This document shows positions 18,256-27,700 of a DNA stretch of 30,113 bases, one piece after another. Origin of the DNA: Acutalibacteraceae bacterium (lineage in GTDB: Bacteria; Bacillota; Clostridia; Oscillospirales; Acutalibacteraceae); assembly GCA_045534855.1 (NCBI GenBank), contig JAZSKL010000002.1, positions 1 through 30,113 of the forward strand, given 5' to 3'. The notes below the pieces were generated by a model. That model did no database searches. It had not been told where the DNA came from and saw only the letters and a program-made list of their open reading frames with translations. A program made the translations under genes and the position numbers. The number at the start of each line of letters is the position of its first letter. Within the stretch, counting starts at the first letter, position 1.

Positions 18256-19260
18256 ATGAAACAAACCTTTTTTACGGCAAACCATAAAAATGCCGATATA
18301 CGCAAAAAAAGCTCATCAGGCGGAGTCTTCACCGCTGTTTCAGACAAATGGTTTGAAATTCACGGTGAAAAAGCCGTTATATACGGATGTACTTTGGATG
18401 AAAATCTGAATGCAGTTCATATCCGCGCCACACAGCCTGAATATCGTAACCTTATGCGCGGCTCTAAATACATACAATCGGATATTTCGGGTGTTTACAA
18501 TGAAATAGCAAACGATATTTCGAACAATTGGTTTGTACTTTTTTCGGGTACACCCTGCCAAGTATCTGGATTGAAGGCTTTTCTGAAAGCCAAAAACATT
18601 GATTTTAGCAATTTCCTTTTTACCGTTGATTTTGTTTGTCACGGTGTTGGCAGCAACCGTTTTTTTGAAGACAATATTAAAAATTTAGAAAAAAAATATA
18701 AAAGCCGTGCCGTTTTTTGCTCTTTTAGAGCTAAAAGCCGCCCCGATAAGCTTCAAGAAATGGAAGTTCGTTTTGAAAACGGAAAAAAATACAATTCCCA
18801 AAGTGCAAAATATGATTGGTTTTTTTCTGTATATAATTCAAAAAACTATATACTCCGCCCATCCTGCTATAACTGTAAATTTGCAAAACCTGAACGTATG
18901 GCAGATATAACATTAAGCGATAACTGGGCAGGATATGCCAATAAAAGCCCTTATCTTTCCGCAATAATTGCGAGCAGCGAAAAAGGCAAAGATTTGATAG
19001 AAAACTGCTCTTTCTGCCTTGACTTTAACGAGGTATCACAACAAGATGTTTATCAAGAACATCTTTATCACCCGACCAAGCTTTCTGAAAATCGGAATAA
19101 ATTTATTGAAATTTATAAAAAAGATGGATATCTTGCCGCTCAAAGGTATGTTGGCAACAACACCGTTAAAGGCAAATTCCGTTACCTTGCAGCAAAAATA
19201 ATCAATAAGCTTCACTTGAGAAAAATATTTAAAATGCTTAAAAGTGTATCAAAGCGCTAA
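18256..19260 (+). CDS. Coenzyme F420 hydrogenase/dehydrogenase beta-subunit (FrhB)-like protein lacking an N-terminal ferredoxin
   Basis: RKKSSSGGVF, MRGSKYIQS, FSGTPCQV, DFVCHG, LRPSCYNC and ADITLSD motifs. Confidence 0.87.
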   Translation: MKQTFFTANHKNADIRKKSSSGGVFTAVSDKWFEIHGEKAVIYGCTLDENLNAVHIRATQPEYRNLMRGSKYIQSDISGVYNEIANDISNNWFVLFSGTPCQVSGLKAFLKAKNIDFSNFLFTVDFVCHGVGSNRFFEDNIKNLEKKYKSRAVFCSFRAKSRPDKLQEMEVRFENGKKYNSQSAKYDWFFSVYNSKNYILRPSCYNCKFAKPERMADITLSDNWAGYANKSPYLSAIIASSEKGKDLIENCSFCLDFNEVSQQDVYQEHLYHPTKLSENRNKFIEIYKKDGYLAAQRYVGNNTVKGKFRYLAAKIINKLHLRKIFKMLKSVSKR

Positions 19261-19271
19261 CGGAGCAGGCT

Positions 19272-19466
19272 ATGAAAGAAAACAAACAAATCCCTGTATT
19301 ATTTACATCTGAAAAAGATTGCTGCGGCTGCGCTGCTTGCGCTGCTGTATGCCCTAAAAACGCAATTTCCATGATTGCGGATGAGCTTGGCTTCAAATAC
19401 CCTTATATTCAAGAAGAAAAGTGCGTAGTTTGCAAAAAATGTATTGAAATCTGTACTTTTAAATAA
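19272..19466 (+). CDS. 2[4Fe-4S] dicluster ferredoxin, standalone, 64 aa
   Basis: CCGCAACAAVCP and CVVCKKCIEIC motifs; own RBS (GGAG). Confidence 0.88.
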   Translation: MKENKQIPVLFTSEKDCCGCAACAAVCPKNAISMIADELGFKYPYIQEEKCVVCKKCIEICTFK

Positions 19467-19498
19467 TACTCCCTTTAAAAACCGAGGTCATAAATTAA

Positions 19499-20794
19499 AT
19501 GAATAGTTTCCCGATTCTAAAAATCAAAAAACGCCCGCAACCTATATGGTTTATAATCTTTATAATAATTATGCCGTTTACATTCGGCACAATATTGAAC
19601 TTGTTAAGGTTGCCTAACGCAATAAAATATTCATTGGATATTTGCTGGATTGCTTTAATTGTATTGATGGCATTTAATTTGAGCCGTAAACGTATTGCGA
19701 TAGAAAAAAGCAGTCTGCATATATATTTATGGATTTTAGCATTTGTTGTTTTTACGGCTGTTGTTTATATATTTAATTACCAATCCCCGCTATATTATTT
19801 ATGGGGCTTCAGAAATAACTTCCGCTTTTATATATTCTTTTTTGCCTGTATTCTTTTTCTTAAAAACAATGATTTAATTGATATTTTTAAAGCCTTAGAT
19901 GTTTTATTTTGGGTTAACTCATTTGTTTGCGTTATACAATATTTTATTTTCGATATAAAGCAAGACTTTCTCGGCGGATTATTCGGCGCTGAAAAAGGCG
20001 GAAACGGATATCTTAACATATTTTTTGTTATCTACGCCACAAAAACCATTGTAAATTATCTTAATCGCCTTGAACCACTTGCCGGCATGCTTGTAAAATG
20101 CGCTTTTATATTGGTTATTTCGGCATTTGCGGAGTTAAAATTTATATACATTGAATTTGTTGTAATTATCGCGGTTGCGGTACTTATTTCAAACTTTACA
20201 TGGCGAAAATTCGGAATAATCATAGGCGGCACCATTGGCATAATATTAGCTATAATGCTGCTTGAACGGCTTTTCCCGTTTTTTAATGACTTTTTAACCA
20301 TTGAGCGAATAATGGATATTTCATATTCAAGCGGATACTCCAGCGCCCATGAGCTTAACCGATTAACCGCCATACCGCAGATTTCGGATACTTACCTTAC
20401 AGATACATCGGATAAACTTTTCGGATTGGGACTTGGAAACTGCGATACCGCAAATTATGACTTTTTAAATACGCCTTTCTACATTAAATATGCCGATATA
20501 AAGTATCATTGGTTCTCAACTTCATTTTTATATTTGGAAACCGGCTTTATAGGTCTTACTTTTTTCCTTGGCTTCTTCATTTTTTTAATGCGCTACAGTT
20601 TGAAGCAGAAAAAAGCAATGAATAATAATCCCTATCCGTCATCGATTTGTCAAATATCGGCAATTATTGCGGTTATGAGTATTATGATAACCATTTACAA
20701 CTCCTCGCTCCGTTCAGAAGCAGGATATTTAATTTACTTTATGCTTGCTCTCCCCTTTATTATTAAAAAAGAGGGCGGTGAAGTTCGTGAATGA
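19499..20794 (+). CDS. wzy: Wzy polymerase / O-antigen-ligase-like polytopic membrane protein
   Basis: About 10-11 hydrophobic segments with one large late loop ending in LFGLGLG, plus its position in the operon. Polymerase versus ligase cannot be resolved by eye. Confidence 0.65.
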   Translation: MNSFPILKIKKRPQPIWFIIFIIIMPFTFGTILNLLRLPNAIKYSLDICWIALIVLMAFNLSRKRIAIEKSSLHIYLWILAFVVFTAVVYIFNYQSPLYYLWGFRNNFRFYIFFFACILFLKNNDLIDIFKALDVLFWVNSFVCVIQYFIFDIKQDFLGGLFGAEKGGNGYLNIFFVIYATKTIVNYLNRLEPLAGMLVKCAFILVISAFAELKFIYIEFVVIIAVAVLISNFTWRKFGIIIGGTIGIILAIMLLERLFPFFNDFLTIERIMDISYSSGYSSAHELNRLTAIPQISDTYLTDTSDKLFGLGLGNCDTANYDFLNTPFYIKYADIKYHWFSTSFLYLETGFIGLTFFLGFFIFLMRYSLKQKKAMNNNPYPSSICQISAIIAVMSIMITIYNSSLRSEAGYLIYFMLALPFIIKKEGGEVRE

Positions 20795-21593
20795 TACCCA
20801 AAGGGTTGTAATTGATATGTTTTGTGAATTTATAAAGATTTGCAAAACTCTCAATTTAAAATGGTTTATGATAAACGGCAGCGCATTGGGAGCGGTTAAA
20901 TACAGCGGATTTATCCCTTGGGATGATGATCTGGATGTTGGGCTTTTAAGAGCGGATTATGAAACCTTTTTAGAAAAAGCCGGAGATTTGCTGCCTGAAC
21001 ATATTTTTCTGCAAAATTACCGTACCGATAAAAACTTTCCACATATTTACAGCAAATTAAGAAACAGCAATACTACCTTTATTGAACCGGGTGTTGCAAA
21101 GATAAATATGAATCATGGTATTTTTCTTGATATTTTTCCGCTTGATTACTACCCGCAAGAGCCAACCTTGGTTAAAAGGCTTTGCAAGCGCAAAAAAATA
21201 CTTAATTGGAAGGTATGTTGCGCTTTAAAGGATAAATCCAAGCTTAAAATACGAGTACGCAACCGCATTTTCAGATTTTTGGGTTACCACAAAAAAACAG
21301 CCAAAACTTTAGCAAAAATGGATGCGCTTTTCGCCTCGTTTAGCAGCGATCAAAAAAGCCTGTGTAATCACGGTGACCGCATGGTAAATAAAGGCGTGCT
21401 CGATATATCGGTATACGGTCAGGGCACAAAAATGTCCTTTGAGGGGCTTGAAGTTCTCGTTCCTGAAAGGTATGATGAATATCTTACTCATAAATACGGT
21501 GATTGGCGGGAAGACCCACCTGAAGAGAGCCAAAAATCCCATCATATTGTAGATATTTTAGACACTGAAAAATCATATAAAAATTATGTTTGA
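20787..21593 (+). CDS. licD: LicD-family nucleotidyl/phosphotransferase
   Basis: GSALGAVKYSGFIPWDDDLD, GIFLDIFPLD and FEG...VPERYDEYLTHKYGDW. GTG 20787 is the likely start and overlaps the wzy stop. Confidence 0.9.
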   Translation: MNDTQRVVIDMFCEFIKICKTLNLKWFMINGSALGAVKYSGFIPWDDDLDVGLLRADYETFLEKAGDLLPEHIFLQNYRTDKNFPHIYSKLRNSNTTFIEPGVAKINMNHGIFLDIFPLDYYPQEPTLVKRLCKRKKILNWKVCCALKDKSKLKIRVRNRIFRFLGYHKKTAKTLAKMDALFASFSSDQKSLCNHGDRMVNKGVLDISVYGQGTKMSFEGLEVLVPERYDEYLTHKYGDWREDPPEESQKSHHIVDILDTEKSYKNYV

Positions 21594-21609
21594 TTTACAA
21601 AAAATTACG

Positions 21610-21638
21610 TTGTATTTAGTGCGTATTTATGTTAGAAT
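21610..21638 (+). promoter_or_regulatory. Putative sigma-A promoter with extended -10 for the giant protein gene
   Basis: TTGTAT (21610-21615), 17 nt, TGt-TAGAAT (21633-21638). No terminator hairpin seen after licD. Confidence 0.55.
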
Positions 21639-21721
21639 ATTATAAGAAATTACATATACATTAAAAAGAGCTATAATGGTGTATATGATTATATAAATTT
21701 TAAAAAAATGGAGGATGAATT

Positions 21722-24700
21722 ATGATTAAAAAATTCAGCAAAAGATTATTGCCTGTATTATTGGCAATAATGCTACTCTTATCCACTATGCCGCTTGGTA
21801 TGATTTCCTCGGCAGCAACTACGCTTACCTTACTCGACGGTGCAGTTACTGTTACAGATTCAAACGGTACAGGCAAACTTTCAAATGGTGTTGTAACAAT
21901 TACAGCTACAGGTTCTATCATTTCTAAAAAAACCAATAGTATTACAATCACCAATGAAACCAGCTCAAAATCAAATCTTTCTTTCGACTATACTACTACA
22001 TACGCAAATTCCTTTAAAATCGCAGGCGTATCCGAAAATGCATCAGGTTCTTACAGCGTTATATTAGAAAGTGGCGCTTCTCTTTCGATAGAAATAGTAT
22101 CAAACTCCGGTTTGAGCAATAGAACTGCAACGCTAAATTTAAGTAATTTAAGTTTAGCTGCTGCTGCTGATTCTTCAAATGTTACCTTTGAATATAACAG
22201 TACATACGGAAGTATTACAGTTGATGGTGCTGCAACCTCTAATGGTGATGTTTTAAATATACTACTCAGCGGTGCCACTCTCGCTGCCACTCCGGTTAGC
22301 GGTGCTCAATTCTTAGGTTGGGTAAATGCAAAAGATAATTCTGTTATTTCTTCTGAATTATCTTATCACTATCAACCGTCCCAAGACATAACCATTAAGG
22401 CTATATTTATAGGTGCTGATTCCGAACCGTACTTTATGATAGGTGCCATATCTACCAGTACCTTTAGCTACGGTTTTTTATCAACACAAAAAGCAACCAT
22501 TTACTCTGTTCCATCCGCTGCATATATTTTTGATAATCTCAACGATGCCGCTAATGCCAGCGCTGCAAGTGCAAACCATAAAGCAATTGTTCTTTTAAAC
22601 AGTTCAACATTACCGGCCGGTGATTATACTATTCCCGCAGGTGTTACATTACTTATACCATTTAACAATACAAACTCGTTGTATAAAACAAATCCCGAAT
22701 TTGAGCTAGGCTCAAATTACAAAGCACCTACTGTATACCGTACCCTTACTTTAGCAGATGGAGCCAACCTTATTATTAACGGTGAAATGAGTCTGTCTGC
22801 AAAGCAGGCTACTGCACAAGGAAGCCGTAAAAACGGTGGTTCACCAACCGGCGATATCAGTATAGTAAAAATGGAGGGTGACAGCTCCATCACCATTAAC
22901 AATGGTGCTACTCTTTATACTTATGGCTTTATAACCGGTTCGGGTTCTGTTATCGCTAAAAACGGTGGTAGCGTTTATGAAAACTTCCAGATAATGGACT
23001 TCCGCGGCGGTACACAAGCAACCCAAATGAAAAACGGCGTTTTCCCGATTTCCCAGTACTATATTCAAAACATTGAAGTTCCGCTAACTCTTGAGTATGG
23101 TTCAAAGGAATATAGCACAGCTGCTATTACTATGAGTGGTTATGATATATCTACTGCGGTTAATTTTATAGGTCCAAGCAACTGTATGTTTGACCTTACT
23201 GCAGGTAGTGTTACCAAGTATTATGACGGCTCTTCTGACCGCTTGTACATAGAGCTTAACGGCGATATGTCTATCTCAACTATCAAAATGGATCTGGGTT
23301 TAAGCTCACTTGATTCTGAAGAATTTGAGCTTCCTATCAATGGTAATATTTCCGTTAATGTTAAAACCGGAAGCAATATTTCCGTTTCGCAGGATGTTGC
23401 TATGCTCCCCGGTGCAGAAATTAACATTGATGAGGGTGCTACCTGCAAATTAAACAAAGGCTATAACATTTACCTTTATGATGCAGATTCTTGGGGTAAC
23501 TACTGTGCTCCTGCCAATGTTAAACTTATCCCCGTTGAATATGCACCGGGTAAAACCTATACCCGTACCGAAGCCGAACTTGTTGATGCTAAAATCGTAA
23601 TTGACGGTTATATAGATGCTTCTGAAGGTTATGTATATTCCACTAATGGCGGTGCAAACATATACAGTAACGGAACAGGCGTTGCAAAAGTGCAAGCCGG
23701 TACACAAAAAGTTACTTATCAAGTAACACAAATGAAAGAGGTATCTGACTCCGTATATACCCCAATCACAATAGAACCCGTATGGCTCAAAAATGCTGAT
23801 GGTACGTTCTTATATTCCGGCACAGATACCTACACCTATGAGAATGGTAAGTGGGTTTGCACAAACCATACAACCGTTACCGATGCAGCCGTTGAACCCA
23901 CCTGTACCAATACCGGTCTTACAGAAGGTTCGCACTGCTCTGCCTGCGGTATGGTAGAAGTTGAACAAATTGAAATAGGAGCAACCGGTCACGAATATTC
24001 CTCAAGCATTACTACCGAACCCACCTGCGATAATTCAGGAGTTTTGACCTATACCTGCAACACCTGCGGCGACAGTTATGAAGAAGTTATCGCTCCTACA
24101 GGTCATAAGGAATATACATCCGAAATCACAACCCAGCCCGGTTGCGAAACCGAGGGTGTTACAACCTTTACATGCACCGACTGCGGTCATACCTACACCG
24201 AGCCTATTGCTCCGTTAGGTCACAGCTATACTTCAAGTATAACAACCCAACCCGGTTGTGAAACTGAGGGTGTTACAACCTGGACTTGCGGCACATGTGG
24301 TCACAGCTACACCGAGGCTATCCCAGCTAACGGTCACGATTACAGCATTATAAATGTAATCGCTCCCACCTGTACTACAAACGGCCATACAACACATACC
24401 TGTGCAGTTTGCGGTGACAGCTACAAGGATACCGTAACTTCTGCTACCGGCCACAGCTATGGCGATTGGGTAATTATTACCGCTCCTACTTGTGAAGGCA
24501 CCGGCAGCGAGCAAAAGGTTTGCGCTACTTGCGGCGATGTACAAACACAGGTTATTGATGCTAATGGTCACAGCTACTCCGATGAATTTACCGTTGATGT
24601 TGAGGCTACCGATGTTACAGCAGGTTCTAAATCAAAGCATTGCGCTAACTGCGACAGCACTACCGATGTTACCGTAATTCCCGCAAAAACAAACTTTACC

Positions 24701-27700
24701 GCTGATATCAGCGATACCGCTACAATTAACGGCTATACCGGTGATATAAACGGCACTATTACAATTCCTACAACACTTAACGGTGTTGCGGTTGCCGCTA
24801 TTACAGATGATGCTTTCAGCGGCAAGGACATTCAGTTTGTTCTTTATGACGGCACTATTGCACAATGGAAAAATATTTCTGTTAATACAGCAGTTGCTTT
24901 CCCGAATGCTAAAATAGTTTACCTCGGCGAAACAGTAGGCGATGCTGATGTAAACGGCACAGTTGATGCTTACGATGCAGTTGCTTTAAGAAATATAATA
25001 CTTGGTAATACAACAGTTACCGAAGTTACCGCATATACAGCCGATACCACAGGTGACGGTAAGGTAAATGTTAAGGATTTGGTTCGCTTAAAGAAGCATT
25101 TGGCTGATGAAAACATTTATATGGGAATTAACTATTCCGCTCCTATAGTTCAATCCTTTTCATTAAATCGTTATAACAGTTCTGCAAATCAGGTTGCTAC
25201 GCTTTACAGCGTAGCAACTGTTGCAAACGCAGAGCCTGAAATAAATGATTACGAATCTTTCTTATTCAATCTTGCACTTTTAGAAGAAGTTGCGTATGTA
25301 TATACCACAGAAGTAAAGCCAGGTGCTGACCCGCTTGACCTTGTTATTAAATACGTTCGTACCGGTGTTGACCGCTATAACAGCGGTTCTTGGGAAATTA
25401 TGGCAGGTAAAGAAGATACTCAATTTGCCGAATTCCTTATTATGTTACAAGACGGCATCAATGCGGAAGCTACCTGTGAAGAAGAAAAAATTCATATTGA
25501 TGCTTTAAAAAATATTAACAACTTCTACCTTCCCAACGGTGACTGGGCAGACCTCGGTCATATGTTCGGCACAATGGATATAACCTACCATAATAAAGGC
25601 AGCCAAAACCATGCCGATGTTGGCGGTTGGGCAGGTGACCTTGTTGACCTTTTAGAGCTTTCCGATATTAAAGGTGTTTCAGGCGATCTTGAAACAATGG
25701 TTACAGATATCCGCAAAAACTACCTTGGAAAAAACTTATCTGACCCCGGTTTACCCAGCTTTAGCAATACCGATATTTATGGCGATATTGATGCATTCTA
25801 TGTAATGAAGAATCTTTATGCTCAAAAATATGAGTTCGGCGTTTTAACCGGAATCATTATGGAATATTTCACCGAGGATCTTGATAACGAGTTCCGTGCA
25901 GAGTATTTACTTGAAAACCGTCTTGGTACAACAGGTACACGCGCTCAAATCCGCGATGCTGTTTATACCGAGTACACCACAAACAAGGTTATTTCTACAC
26001 TTGAGGGCACAAGAGAGTTTACTTCAAGCGATCTTCCCACATTAAGACGTGCTTGCTGTTATGCATTTGCAGATTACCTTTGCGAGCTTGCAGGTGACTA
26101 TGTTGACAGCATTTCAAACCCCTATTTAAGCGTTTTCTCAAATAATATTACAAGCATCGCTCCCGGTGTTACACAGGAAATCAAGTATGCAACCTCCGCT
26201 GACAACAAGCAGATGGTATACTATGTTGCAACCGCTGATATTACAAGAAGCGATGTTGATGTATTTGCAAACTACAATGAAAACGACCCCTCAAAGGGTT
26301 GGGAGCTTTCCCGTGTTCTTGATCAGGCAAATGCCGCACAGGAAAAGTACGGAAATCCCGAAAGCCCCTACTACATTGAAAATTACAATGTAGTAGCAAG
26401 TACAAACGGCGCAGGCTTCAATATGGCTACAGGTGAGCCGGGCGGCTTGCTTGTTATGGGCGGTGTTGAATACCAATCCATAAATTCTAACGGATTTTTC
26501 GGTATTTTAAAAGACGGTACACCCGTTATAGGCACTACCGAAGAATACAAAACCATTTACAAAGGCAAGGTTAGAGACGGTATTGCAGCCTTTGGCGATA
26601 CCCTTGTTAAAGACGGTAAGATAGTTACTACAAATAATTCCGGCCGTGCAAGCCGTACTGCTGTTGGTATAACAAAGACCGGCAAAGTAGTTCTTATGGT
26701 ACTTGATGGCCGTCAGGAGCCTGTTTCCTGCGGCGGAAGTATGTTAGAAATAGCTCAGATTATGCTTGATGCAGGCTGTGTTCACGCTGTAAACCTTGAT
26801 GGCGGCGGTTCTACCACCTATGTTGCAAAGCCTGTTGGTTCTGATGAGCTTGCAGTTGTAAATAAGCCTTCTGACGGCTATGCTCGTTCTGTAAGTACCT
26901 CTCTTATGATCGTTTCCACCGCACCGAGCTCTACCAAGTTCGATCATGCAGTTCTTAATACAGAATATGATTATCTCACAATCGGAACAAGCATTAAAGT
27001 AACTCCCGTAGGAGTAAGCGCTACAGGTAATGTTACCGATCTTCCCGAAGGTACCTCTTGGGCTGTTTCCGATACTCGTTGGGCAACTATTTCCGAAGAT
27101 GGCATATTAACCGCTAAGAGAAATGGTACTATAACCATTAACCTTATGCTTGGTGAAGAAATCATCGGAACAAGAACTATTGATATTGTTACTCCGCAAA
27201 ACCTCTACTTTACAAAAACTAACTTAAATGCTGTTTACGGTGCAAATATAACACTTCCTGTTGTTGCTCTTTATAACAATCAGCCGGTTGCTATAAACGC
27301 AAATGACATTGTATTTACACCTAACAACAACGCAGGTACTGTTAACAACTTTGTATTTGTAGGCAATGAAGTTTCAGGTATAAAGGTTGTAAATATTACC
27401 GCAAGTCTTGCTGCAAATCCCGATATGACAGCAACTGTTAATATCAACCTCTACAAGCAAGGCGAAACCACATTTGACTTTGATCAAGCAACAGGCGGCG
27501 ACCGCGAACTTGCTTGGGATCGTCAAGTATCCAACTCAACAACACTTGACGGTATCACCTATACCGCAGTTGATACCGACAGCAAAATGGTAACCTCTTA
27601 TATCGTTGCTATCGATATGACTACCATTTCTATCCCCCCTGTACTTAACGACCTTCTTTATATGCTCCCCGGTGCCGATGTTGAAGGCGCTTCCGCTTGG

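Noticed and set aside
18256-19260. FrhB-like gene as evidence of F420 hydrogenase or methanogen-type metabolism
   Set aside because: No hydrogenase subunits or F420 genes are present; this domain is a common passenger of polysaccharide loci.
10365-21545. Numerous 60-140 aa alternative ORFs inside the cps genes
   Set aside because: All overlap well-supported genes and lack independent evidence.
24938-25105. Dockerin as proof of a cellulosome
   Set aside because: No cohesin, scaffoldin or cellulase is in the window, and dockerins also occur on non-cellulosomal proteins.
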